From: Gemmatimonadota bacterium
Lineage (GTDB): Bacteria; Gemmatimonadota; Gemmatimonadetes; Gemmatimonadales; Gemmatimonadaceae
Assembly (NCBI GenBank): GCA_031418115.1
Contig: JANOWT010000101.1
Span: forward strand, 1-51,907
Direction of reading: 5' to 3'
Length of the DNA: 51,907 nt
Below the pieces are notes generated by a model. That model ran no database searches, was not told the DNA's origin, and saw nothing but the letters and a program-made list of their open reading frames with translations. Position numbers and translations under genes: made by a program. Position 1 is the stretch's first letter. Each line of letters begins with the position of its first letter. Positions 16,706 to 25,391 of the stretch are shown here, piece by piece.

Positions 16706-18031
16706 CTAACGGGGCTGCTGCGCTCGGGCGTAGCTCTCGTCCAGCAGTTCGACCGGATGCCGCGCCCGCACCCCACTCCCCGCGAGCCCAAGGCCCCCGC
16801 CGATCTGCATGAGGCAGCCCGGGTTGCCCGTGGCGACGATCTCGGCCCCTGACTCGGCGATCCGTGCGAGCTTCGGCGCGAGCACACGCTCGGCGACCTC
16901 CGGAAGGACGAGATTGAATATTCCTGCACTGCCGCAGCACTGGTCGCTGTCAGCGAGCGGCACCAGCCGGATGCCGCTCGCGGCCTGAAGCACCGCGAGC
17001 GGCGGCTCGACGATCCGCTGGGCATGCTGCAAGTGACAGGGCGCGTCGTACGCGACGCGAGGGAGGTCCTCCGAGATGGCAGCATCCGAACGATCGGCGC
17101 GTGACACGGCGAGCGGCCCCGCGCTCGCGAGCAACTCATGCACGTCGCGCACCTTTGCGCCGAACGCGAGCGCTCGACCGGCCCATGCGGGATCGTCGGC
17201 GAGCAGATGCCCGTACTCTCGACACATCGCACCGCAGCCGGCCGAGTTGAGCACGATCACATCGGCACCGGTGCGCTCGAAGGCCGCGATGTTCTCGCGT
17301 GCCAGCGCGCGTGCGGTCGCGGCGTCACCGGCATGTGCATGCAGCGCGCCGCAACAAAGCTGGTCATCAGTGGCGCGCATCGCCCATCCGTTCACGGTGA
17401 GCGTGCGCTCAGTCGCCCGATTCACGCTGGCGAACAGCCCTTCCATGACACAACCCGTCAACAGCGAGGCGGTGCCGCGCGCGCCGTCGCCGCGTGCGTC
17501 GTATGCGGCGCGCCGGGGGCGCGCCGTCGAGGAGAGCATCGCGAACGGCATGGCGAGGCGTGTCGGCAGCAGTCGCGCGAGCAGCGCGGCAACGCCACTG
17601 CCGCGCACGATCCGCGCGAGCGCGAGCGCGGGCCGCAGCGCCCACTCGTTGGCGAACACGCCGAGCACCACGCGCGCGACGAGCGGTAGCGGACGGTGCG
17701 GCAAGAGCGACTCACGCGTTGCCTCGATCAACTGGCCGTAGGGCACGCCGCTCGGGCAGGCTGTCTCGCAGCCGCGGCAACCCAGGCACTGATCCAGGTG
17801 CTTCCCCACGGCGGGATCGTCGGGGCGCACGCTGCCGTCGAGCAGCGCGCCCATGAGCAGGAGGCGACCGCGCGGCGAATCGTTCTCGTCCTCGAGGGCG
17901 AGGTAGGTAGGGCAGGCTGGAAGGCAGAAGCCGCAGTGGACGCAGGAGTCGAGCCCCGCGCGCGCGCGCTCCAGTGGGGCGAGCCGGTCCGTGTGCCCGT
18001 GCGCCCATGCACCAGCCTCGTGCACGCTCAC
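16706..18031 (-). CDS. glcF: Glycolate oxidase iron-sulfur subunit
   Basis: CVHCGFCLPAC and CLGCRGCETAC ferredoxin motifs, two CCG domains, NPGC. GTG overlaps the glcE stop and has a GGAGG SD. Confidence 0.88.
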   Translation of the reverse strand: MSVHEAGAWAHGHTDRLAPLERARAGLDSCVHCGFCLPACPTYLALEDENDSPRGRLLLMGALLDGSVRPDDPAVGKHLDQCLGCRGCETACPSGVPYGQLIEATRESLLPHRPLPLVARVVLGVFANEWALRPALALARIVRGSGVAALLARLLPTRLAMPFAMLSSTARPRRAAYDARGDGARGTASLLTGCVMEGLFASVNRATERTLTVNGWAMRATDDQLCCGALHAHAGDAATARALARENIAAFERTGADVIVLNSAGCGAMCREYGHLLADDPAWAGRALAFGAKVRDVHELLASAGPLAVSRADRSDAAISEDLPRVAYDAPCHLQHAQRIVEPPLAVLQAASGIRLVPLADSDQCCGSAGIFNLVLPEVAERVLAPKLARIAESGAEIVATGNPGCLMQIGGGLGLAGSGVRARHPVELLDESYARAQQPR

Positions 18032-18969
18032 GCGACCTCCCCCAGCAGGCCGCGATTGAGCACCTGTGCCGGATCGAATCTCGCGCGCAAGCGGAGCGAG
18101 AGCGCGTCCCACCGCCACCGCAGTGCACGCGCGGTGGGCGCATGCGTCCTGCGCACTTCATCCCAAACGGTCGGCGCGCTCGGGCGGATCGTGCCGATCG
18201 CACGCAGGGCTGCACGCGCCGCAGCGACGTGCGCCTCGTTCCCGCCGAGTCGCACGATCCAGAGACGGTCGTCCTGACTGTCGTCGTCGTGCCCGCCGCC
18301 ATCCGGCGAACTCGCGGGCGAGAGGTCGGCTGCGACGTTCACGCAGGCGAGTGGCGCGAACGGGCCGCGCGCGAAAGTCTCGATCACCGCCCGCGCACCA
18401 GAGGGAACCTCGACGGTCCAACTCTCGTCGACGACTGGTCGGGCGCGCAGTCGAAGGTGCACATGCGTGATCAGGCCGAGTGTTCCCCACGAGCCCGTGA
18501 TGGCGCGCGTGAGGTCGAACCCCGCGACGTTCTTCACCACACGCCCGCCGGCGGCGACGATCCGTCCTGTGCCGTCGACGCATTCGAGACCGAGCACCAG
18601 ATTGCGCGGCCGCCCGAGCCGCTCGGCGAATGGTCCGGTCGTCGCGGTCGCGATCGTCGCGCCGATCGTTCCGCGGTCGTCGCCCCATGGGAGCAATGGG
18701 CACCACTGCCCGTGCGCGCGCGTCGCCTCGTCCAGTTCCGCGATCGTCGTGCCCGCACCCGCCGAGAGCGTGAGGTCCTCTGGGCGGTACTGCGTGATGC
18801 CGGCGAGCTGCTCGGTCGAGAGCTCGGTGTCGGCCTGCACCGAGTGTCCGGCCGTGAGCCAGGTGCCGGCGCCTACGAGCCGCAACACGCACCCCGCAGA
18901 GGCCGCTTCGCGGACCATCACCGCTGCCTCGACGGCGGTCTTCGGATCGTACCGCGGCATGGTGATCAT
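18028..18969 (-). CDS. glcE: Glycolate oxidase FAD-binding subunit
   Basis: GGRVVKNVAGFDL..GSWGTLG and C-terminal FDP..LNRG; lies between glcD and glcF. Confidence 0.85.
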   Translation of the reverse strand: MITMPRYDPKTAVEAAVMVREAASAGCVLRLVGAGTWLTAGHSVQADTELSTEQLAGITQYRPEDLTLSAGAGTTIAELDEATRAHGQWCPLLPWGDDRGTIGATIATATTGPFAERLGRPRNLVLGLECVDGTGRIVAAGGRVVKNVAGFDLTRAITGSWGTLGLITHVHLRLRARPVVDESWTVEVPSGARAVIETFARGPFAPLACVNVAADLSPASSPDGGGHDDDSQDDRLWIVRLGGNEAHVAAARAALRAIGTIRPSAPTVWDEVRRTHAPTARALRWRWDALSLRLRARFDPAQVLNRGLLGEVA

Positions 18970-20420
18970 CGCGCCACCGCGACGTGCGCCGTTGGCCGTG
19001 CCGCGACCGCACCGTGCCATTCACGGCACGCACGCACCGGCACGACCTTGCCGGGGTTCGCTCTGCGGTCGGGATCGAAGACCGCGCGCAGTGAGCACAT
19101 CGCGTCGAGCGTGTCGGGCGTGAAGAGCTGCTCCATGTACGGGAGCTTGTCGAGCCCCACACCGTGCTCGCCGGTGATGGTGCCTCCCGCGGCGATGCAC
19201 AGTGTCATGATCTCCTGCATCGCCGCATGCACGCGCGCCGACTCGGTCGCATCGTGCGCGTCGTACGGGATGTTAGGGTGCAGGTTGCCGTCGCCGGCAT
19301 GGAAGACATTGCAGATGCGCACGCCGTGCCGTTCGCCGATCGCCGCGATCTCGTCGAGCAACTCCGCGAGTCGCGAGCGCGGTACCACGGCGTCCTGCAC
19401 CACGAGGTGCGGTGCCACGCGCCCCATGGCGCCGAAGGCCTTCTTGCGACCCTGCCAGAGCCGCGCTCGCTCGGCGGCGTCGTGCGCAACGCGCACACCG
19501 CGCGCTCCGGCCTCGCGGCAGAGTCGCTCCACCGCTCGCGCGTCGTCCTCGAGGCCGGCCGCTGCGCCATCCACCTCGATGAGCAGCACCGCCGCCGCAT
19601 CGCGCGGATACCCCGCGGCATAGACGCTGGATTCCACCGCCTCGATCGTCGGCTGGTCCATGAGTTCGAGTGCCGCCGGCAGGATCCCCGCGGCGATGAT
19701 GCGCGAGGTCGCGTCGGCGGCGTCGCGCACGCGCATGAAGTCCGCCAGCAGTGTGATCACGCGTTCGGGATCTGGCGTGAGACGCACCGTGACGTCTACG
19801 ACCACACCGAAGCAGCCCTCACTTCCGATGAACGCGCCGAGCAGGTCGTAGCCGGCACCGGTGCCGTCGTCGCGGTCCACGTCGCCGCGGTCGAGCGTGA
19901 CCACCTCACCGCTCGGCAGCACGACAGTGGCGCAGAGGGCGTGGTCGAGTGTCACACCGTACTTCAGGCAGTGCGGGCCGCCCGCGTTCTCGGCGATGTT
20001 CCCGCCGATCGTGCACGCGGTCTGCGACGAAGGGTCTGGCGCATAGTGCAGTCCGTGCGGCGCCGCCGCTCGAGTGAGCGTCGCATTGACCACACCGGGC
20101 TCCACTGTCGCGGTGCGACCGATCGGGTCGAACGCGATGATGCGCTTGAGCCGGTGCAAGCCGAGCAGCGTGATCTCGTCGGCGAGCGCACCGCCGGAGA
20201 GCCCGGTGCCCGCGCCGCGTGCCACGAAGGGCGCGTCGGCGGCGGCGAGCGCGCGCACGACCGCGATGAGTTCGTCGCGAGTGCCGGGAAAGACCGCGAG
20301 TGCCGGCGCGCGCTGGAGTCCCGGGAGCGCGTCGGAGCGGTACACGAGCAGTTGGGTCGCGCGCGCGATCACGTGCGCGTCCCCGACGATGCGGCCGAGC
20401 TCCGCGGCGAGGGAGGTCAC
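18966..20420 (-). CDS. glcD: Glycolate oxidase FAD-linked subunit
   Basis: ARGAGTGLSGGA, PDPSS, ENAGGPHCLKYG, HAGDGNLHP, GEHGVG. Confidence 0.9.
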   Translation of the reverse strand: MTSLAAELGRIVGDAHVIARATQLLVYRSDALPGLQRAPALAVFPGTRDELIAVVRALAAADAPFVARGAGTGLSGGALADEITLLGLHRLKRIIAFDPIGRTATVEPGVVNATLTRAAAPHGLHYAPDPSSQTACTIGGNIAENAGGPHCLKYGVTLDHALCATVVLPSGEVVTLDRGDVDRDDGTGAGYDLLGAFIGSEGCFGVVVDVTVRLTPDPERVITLLADFMRVRDAADATSRIIAAGILPAALELMDQPTIEAVESSVYAAGYPRDAAAVLLIEVDGAAAGLEDDARAVERLCREAGARGVRVAHDAAERARLWQGRKKAFGAMGRVAPHLVVQDAVVPRSRLAELLDEIAAIGERHGVRICNVFHAGDGNLHPNIPYDAHDATESARVHAAMQEIMTLCIAAGGTITGEHGVGLDKLPYMEQLFTPDTLDAMCSLRAVFDPDRRANPGKVVPVRACREWHGAVAARPTAHVAVAR

Positions 20421-20434
20421 GACGGGAAGCTATA

Positions 20435-20470
20435 CGAAGGGGGCCCGGATTCGCATCCGGACCCCCTTCG
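20435..20470. terminator. Strong hairpin between the sigma gene and glcD (probable terminator)
   Basis: cgaagggggcccggat-tcgc-atccggacccccttcg, 16-bp stem with one mismatch. No clear U-tract. Confidence 0.6.
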
Positions 20471-20521
20471 ATGACGCCGCGTGATCACCGGGCACGCGAC
20501 GACGACCCTTTCACCGTGCGA

Positions 20522-21415
20522 TCAGGTGACCGCCCAGAAGCCGGCGAGGGACCGACCCTCGGGCGACGTGCGGAGCTTGTCGAATGCGCGCTCGCGGATC
20601 TGACGGATGCGCTCGCGAGTCACGCCCATGAGTGCGCCGATCTTCTCGAGCGTCATCGCTTCGGCGCCCTCGTCGAGTCCGTAGTACAGGTTGAGGATCT
20701 TGCGCTCGCGCGGCGTGAGGTAGTGGCGGAACACGCGGTCGATGCACTCGCGCATGAGCTTGAAGTCGGTCCGTTCCTCGATCTCCACGCCGTCGCCGCC
20801 GGCGAAGCGCTCGCCGAGCGTACAGGCCTCGCGATCGGACCGATCGACTGGTGCGTCGAGCGAGAGTTCGGTGGACGACATCTGCTTGGCGACGCGGACC
20901 TGCTCAGGGGTCTCGTCGAGCAACCGGCCGATCTCGGAGTCGGTCGGGTCGCGCTTGAGCACCTGGGCCAGCACCGTCTCCGCGCGCGAAAGGCGGATCA
21001 ACTGCGAGTTCTGATTGAGCGGGATGCGGACCGAACGCGTCTGCTCCGCGAGCGCCTTGAGGACAGCCTGGCGCACCCACCACACAGCGTACGAGATGAA
21101 CTTCACGCCCTGGTCGGGATCGAACTTGCGGACCGCCTTGAGCAGTCCTTCGTTGCCGATGGCGACGAGCTCGGAGAGGTCGAGGCCATGGCCCTGATAC
21201 TTCTTCACGTAGCTGATCACGAACCGGAGGTTCGCGGTGACGAGCCGCTCGGCGGCGGCTTCGTCGCCCTTCTGGGCCAGTCGTGCCAGACGTCGTTCTT
21301 CGTTGACGTCTGTGATCAGCGGGAGCTTCTGGATGTCCGAGAGGTACTGGTCGAACGCGGAAGAGGGTGAGGAACGGAAGTAGCCCTTTGATCTCGACTC
21401 GGTCGCGTGCTGCAT
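20522..21415 (-). CDS. RNA polymerase sigma factor, sigma70 RpoD/RpoS-like, lacking region 1.1
   Basis: Region 1.2 DQYL, LVTANLRFV, KFDP..GVKFISYAVWWVRQ, region 4 TLEKIG..GVTRERIRQI. Start trimmed to ATG 21415. Confidence 0.92.
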   Translation of the reverse strand: MQHATESRSKGYFRSSPSSAFDQYLSDIQKLPLITDVNEERRLARLAQKGDEAAAERLVTANLRFVISYVKKYQGHGLDLSELVAIGNEGLLKAVRKFDPDQGVKFISYAVWWVRQAVLKALAEQTRSVRIPLNQNSQLIRLSRAETVLAQVLKRDPTDSEIGRLLDETPEQVRVAKQMSSTELSLDAPVDRSDREACTLGERFAGGDGVEIEERTDFKLMRECIDRVFRHYLTPRERKILNLYYGLDEGAEAMTLEKIGALMGVTRERIRQIRERAFDKLRTSPEGRSLAGFWAVT

Positions 21416-21552
21416 ACCCAACCCCATAACCGCGTGTGAAGGAGAGGTGATGTTGTGACCAACATCACACTGGACGCATTCAGGGACGTTCGGTCCGGCT
21501 CGGACTGCCCGGGAAGCCAAGCCTATACGAAGTGAGCGAGTCCGGTCAACAC

Positions 21553-21568
21553 CCAAGAAGTGTGCCAA
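21553..21568 (-). promoter_or_regulatory. Possible sigma54 -24/-12 promoter upstream of the sigma gene
   Basis: Minus strand reads TTGGCAC-ACTTC-TTGG (consensus TGGCAC-N5-TTGC; one mismatch at -12). Confidence 0.4.
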
Positions 21569-21595
21569 CGCGACAGCGTCCCGCCGTCAATGCGC

Positions 21596-21620
21596 CATCC
21601 CGTTGATATTCAACGAGTTA
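21596..21620. promoter_or_regulatory. Palindromic IHF-like site (CATCCCGTT-GATATTC-AACGAGTTA)
   Basis: Core cgttga-tat-tcaacg is a perfect inverted repeat; each strand nearly matches WATCAANNNNTTR. Confidence 0.5.
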
Positions 21621-21627
21621 GGGCCGC

Positions 21628-22722
21628 TCACAAATGTTCGAGCGCGCGCAGGGTATCAGCGTCGTTCACCCTCACTCCGTACTGCGTCTCGCTCCCGGCC
21701 ATCTCGCCGAGTGCTCGAGGAAGCGCGAACTCGACGTGACCGCCGCGCGATTTCTTGTCGGTGCGCGTCGCGGTGACCACCTCAGAGGGGCTAACGCCAT
21801 CGGGTAGGCGCACCGGAAGGCCTGCGGCGTCGCAGACGGTAGCGATCGCATCAGCGAGCCCGCGCTCGGCAAGATGCAGACGCTCGGCGAGGAGCGCCTC
21901 GGCGACCATTCCGATCGCGACCGCTTCGCCATGCGCCACGCCGTAGCCGGTCACGTGTTCGATCGCGTGGCCGATCGTATGTCCGAAGTTGAGCACTTTG
22001 CGCAGCCCGCTCTCGCGTTCGTCCTGCCTCACGACCTGCACCTTGATCTCGATCGACCGACGCACGAGGTGTAGCTGCGTGGCGTCGTCGGGGGTGTCGG
22101 CGTGCAGGATCTGGCGGAGCCCGGCAGCGATCCATGAGAAGTAGGCGGCGTCGGCGATAACGCCGTGCTTGATCGCCTCGGCGAGACCGAAGCGCAGTTC
22201 CCGCGGCGGCAACGTGGTGAGGAGCCGCGGATCGGCGACCACCAGCGTGGGGTGATGGAAGGCACCGACGAGATTCTTGCCTGCCGGCGTGTCGACGCCC
22301 GTCTTGCCGCCGATCGAGGCGTCGATCATCGCGAGCAGCGTCGTCGGCACCTGGATGAACGGCACGCCGCGCAAGTACGTCGCGGCGACGAAGCCCGCGA
22401 GGTCGCCGGTGACGCCACCGCCGAGCGCGACGATCACGGTGTCGCGGCCGCATCCGGCGGCGATGAGCTGATCGCTCAGCGTGGCCCAGCTCTGCCGCGT
22501 CTTGTGGCGCTCGCCAGCGGGAAAGGTGAGAAGCAGCGGCGCGGGGTCCATTCCGCTGAATGACGTGCGCGCTCTCTCGCCGTGAAGTGCGGCCACTGTC
22601 TGATCGGCGATGAGCGCGACGCGATGCCCAGGGGCGCGTCCGCTCACACGCGCACCGAGCGAGTCGAGCGCACCGGGCGCGATCTCGATCGTCGCGCCGT
22701 GGAGCGTCAGCGACTGGGGCAC
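21628..22722 (-). CDS. aroB: 3-dehydroquinate synthase
   Basis: ALGGGVTGDLAGF, PTTLLAMIDASIGGKTG, LNFGHTIGHAIE, HGEAV. Confidence 0.96.
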   Translation of the reverse strand: MPQSLTLHGATIEIAPGALDSLGARVSGRAPGHRVALIADQTVAALHGERARTSFSGMDPAPLLLTFPAGERHKTRQSWATLSDQLIAAGCGRDTVIVALGGGVTGDLAGFVAATYLRGVPFIQVPTTLLAMIDASIGGKTGVDTPAGKNLVGAFHHPTLVVADPRLLTTLPPRELRFGLAEAIKHGVIADAAYFSWIAAGLRQILHADTPDDATQLHLVRRSIEIKVQVVRQDERESGLRKVLNFGHTIGHAIEHVTGYGVAHGEAVAIGMVAEALLAERLHLAERGLADAIATVCDAAGLPVRLPDGVSPSEVVTATRTDKKSRGGHVEFALPRALGEMAGSETQYGVRVNDADTLRALEHL

Positions 22723-22723
22723 G

Positions 22724-23275
22724 TTACCAGGTCACTTCACCGGCGCCAGCGCGCCGGTTGGCGACCCGCGCGAGCACGAACAGCAGGTCCGAGAGGCGGT
22801 TGAGATAGACGATCACGATCTGCGGGATCTCGGCTTCGCGTTGCAGATGGATCACCGCGCGCTCGGCGCGTCGACAGACGGTGCGTGCGACGTGCAGCGC
22901 AGCGGCCTTCGGTGTCCCACCCGGGAGGATGAAGGCCTTGAGCGGCTCGAGTTCGGCTTCGCCGTCGTCGATCGCCTGCTCCATCTGCGCGATGCGTGCG
23001 TCGGAGATGCGAGCCTTGCTGAGCTGCTCCTTCATCTTCTCGAGATCAGGAGTCGCGAGGAGCGCACCCAGCGCGAAGAGGTCACGCTGCACCGGCGCGA
23101 TCACCTCGTCGATGCGCGGCATCATCTCGACGGAACGTGCCATCCCGATCACGGCGTTGAGCTCGTCGATCTCGCCATAGGCGGAGACGCGGGGATGGTC
23201 CTTGGGGACGCGGCCACCGCCGAAGAGGCCGGTGTCGCCCTCGTCGCCGGTCTTGGTGTAGATCTTCATCGTCAT
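22724..23275 (-). CDS. pduO: ATP:cob(I)alamin adenosyltransferase (PduO type)
   Basis: KIYTKTGDEGDTGL, RTVCRRAER, YLNRLSDLLF. Confidence 0.93.
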   Translation of the reverse strand: MTMKIYTKTGDEGDTGLFGGGRVPKDHPRVSAYGEIDELNAVIGMARSVEMMPRIDEVIAPVQRDLFALGALLATPDLEKMKEQLSKARISDARIAQMEQAIDDGEAELEPLKAFILPGGTPKAAALHVARTVCRRAERAVIHLQREAEIPQIVIVYLNRLSDLLFVLARVANRRAGAGEVTW

Positions 23276-23329
23276 GGGTGGAATCTAAATGGTGAGGTCA
23301 CTGAGCGGCCGGATCGAACCGCAGGAGTG

Positions 23330-24304
23330 TCAGGTACGAACGGCCTGGGTCGTGCGAGTGGACGGCTGATAGCTGTCGGGGAAGAGCACGGCGAGATGCG
23401 CTTGCAGTCGTTCCGGGGAGCCGGGTGTCCCGCGATTCGCGCACCAGGCGTCGAGTGCGCGCCCCAGGACTGCGGCCGAGGGCCGGTGGGCTGGATCCTT
23501 CTGGATGGCTCGCGCGATGAGCGCCTGGATCTCGGGGTCGGCGTCGGGGAGTCGCATGGAGAGATCGGGCGAGGGGTTGACCACCACCTCGTCGATCGCG
23601 GCCATGGTCTCGTCCTCGGTGAAGAGGGAGCGCAGCGCGAAGAGTTCGAAGAGCACGACACCCATGGCGAAGACGTCGGTGCGAGCATCGACCTCCGCGC
23701 CCATGAGTTGTTCGGGGCTCATGTAGTGTTTCTTGCCGAGAAGCAGCGGACGCGAGGCGGCGGGGTCGAACATGGTGCGGGCCTTTGCGATGCCGAAGTC
23801 GGTGAGTTTCACGTGTCCGTCCCACGTGAGCATGACGTTGCCGGGCGAGACGTCACGATGCACGATGTCGAGTCGGTCACCGGAGTCGTCGACGAAGTGA
23901 TGGGCGAAGTCGAGCGCGCGGCAGATGCGGCTGGCGCAGTACGCGGCGACGTCGGTCGGCATCGGGATCCGCTGCGCCCGGTGCGTGTTGATGAGCGTCC
24001 GGAGCGTCAGCCCCTTGATCAGTTCCATCGCGATGAACAGCGAGTCGTCCGATTCACCGAGCTGGTAGATCTGCACGATGTTGCCGTGCACGAGGTTGGC
24101 CGAGAGCTTGGCCTCGTCGATGAACAACTGGCGCCATTCGGAGTGCCTGACGAAGCGGTCGTGGATGATCTTGACCGCCATCCGCTTGCTGAAGCCAGCG
24201 ACACCCATCTGCTCGGCTTCGTAGACGGTCGCCATGCCGCCACGTGCCACCTCGCGCACGAGGCGGAAGCTGCTGGCAACGCGGAGTTCCTTGTCGACGG
24301 TCAT
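23330..24304 (-). CDS. Hanks-type Ser/Thr protein kinase, catalytic domain only
   Basis: RGGMATVY, AVK, HRDVSPGN, DFGIAK, YMSPEQ, TDVFAMG. Confidence 0.93.
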   Translation of the reverse strand: MTVDKELRVASSFRLVREVARGGMATVYEAEQMGVAGFSKRMAVKIIHDRFVRHSEWRQLFIDEAKLSANLVHGNIVQIYQLGESDDSLFIAMELIKGLTLRTLINTHRAQRIPMPTDVAAYCASRICRALDFAHHFVDDSGDRLDIVHRDVSPGNVMLTWDGHVKLTDFGIAKARTMFDPAASRPLLLGKKHYMSPEQLMGAEVDARTDVFAMGVVLFELFALRSLFTEDETMAAIDEVVVNPSPDLSMRLPDADPEIQALIARAIQKDPAHRPSAAVLGRALDAWCANRGTPGSPERLQAHLAVLFPDSYQPSTRTTQAVRT

Positions 24305-24367
24305 GCGGATGGAGTCGGAGTGAGAGTGCCCGTTGTCCGGGCGGCTTCAGGCGGCGAACTTAATAAG

Positions 24368-25387
24368 ATGGGAACCCACGAAATTCGCGACCTGACCATC
24401 ATCGGAGCCGGACCGGCGGGGCTCTTCGCGCTCTTCTACGCTGGCATGCGTGGGGCCTCAGCGCAAATCCTCGACGCCCTCCCGCAGCCCGGCGGTCAGC
24501 TCAACGCACTATACCCGGAAAAGCTGATCTTCGACGTCGCCGGCTTCCCGAGAGTCCTCGCGAAGGACCTCGTGACCTCGCTCGTGCAGCAGGCCGGGCA
24601 GTTCGGCCAGCCGATCCATCTCGGGCAGCGGGTAATCGGCCTGGAGGAGGCCGACGGGGTCTTCACCCTCGTCACCGATACCGATCGATTCCCGTCTCGC
24701 GCGGTGATCATCGCCGCCGGGATCGGTGCCTTCTCGCCGCGGCGTCTGCCACAGGCGTGCGCCGAACCGTGGTACGGGAAAGGGATCCACGACGTCGTGC
24801 TCGAGCCGAGGCAGTTCTCCGGTCAGCATGTGACGATCATCGGCGGCGGAGACACGGCGTTCGACTGGGCGCACCAGCTCGAAGGCGTCGCGAAGTCGAT
24901 CACGCTCGTGCATCGCAGCGATCGGTTCCGCGCGCACCAGGCCACGATCGACACGGTGATGGCTTCGGCCGCGGCGGGCCGCAGTGCGGTCCACACCTTC
25001 CACGAACTCGCCGACGTGATCGGGGAGGACGGGCAGATCGTCGCGATCGATCTGAAGGACATCAAGGCCAAGACCACCAAGCGCATCACGTGCGACGTGG
25101 TGCTCCCGATGCTCGGCTTCGTGAGTGACATGGGGGCGCTCCTCTCGTGGGGGCTCACGGTGGAGAAGGACGAGATCGCCGTGTCGCAGACGATGGAGAC
25201 CGGCCGACCGGGGATCTGGGCCTGTGGCGACGTGAACACCTTCCCAGGCAAGCTCAAGCTGATAGCGACGGGCTTCGCCGAGTCGTGCATCGCGGTGAAC
25301 CAGGCAGTGCACTGGGTGTATCCGGACAAGAAAGTGAATCCGGGGCACTCCTCCAACCTCGCCGTCTTCGGCCAGAAGGACGATTGA
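24368..25387 (+). CDS. Ferredoxin-NADP+ reductase (thioredoxin-reductase-like, YumC type)
   Basis: IIGAGPAGL, GGQL..LYPEKLIFDVAGFP, IIGGGDTA, HR..FRAH, GKLKLIATGF, PGHSS. No redox CxxC. Confidence 0.9.
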   Translation: MGTHEIRDLTIIGAGPAGLFALFYAGMRGASAQILDALPQPGGQLNALYPEKLIFDVAGFPRVLAKDLVTSLVQQAGQFGQPIHLGQRVIGLEEADGVFTLVTDTDRFPSRAVIIAAGIGAFSPRRLPQACAEPWYGKGIHDVVLEPRQFSGQHVTIIGGGDTAFDWAHQLEGVAKSITLVHRSDRFRAHQATIDTVMASAAAGRSAVHTFHELADVIGEDGQIVAIDLKDIKAKTTKRITCDVVLPMLGFVSDMGALLSWGLTVEKDEIAVSQTMETGRPGIWACGDVNTFPGKLKLIATGFAESCIAVNQAVHWVYPDKKVNPGHSSNLAVFGQKDD

Positions 25388-25391
25388 CGCG

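Noticed and set aside
22610-25387. 925-aa ORF suggesting a large fusion to the FNR
   Set aside because: The first 586 codons are the antisense shadow of pduO and the kinase; the recognisable protein starts at ATG 24368.
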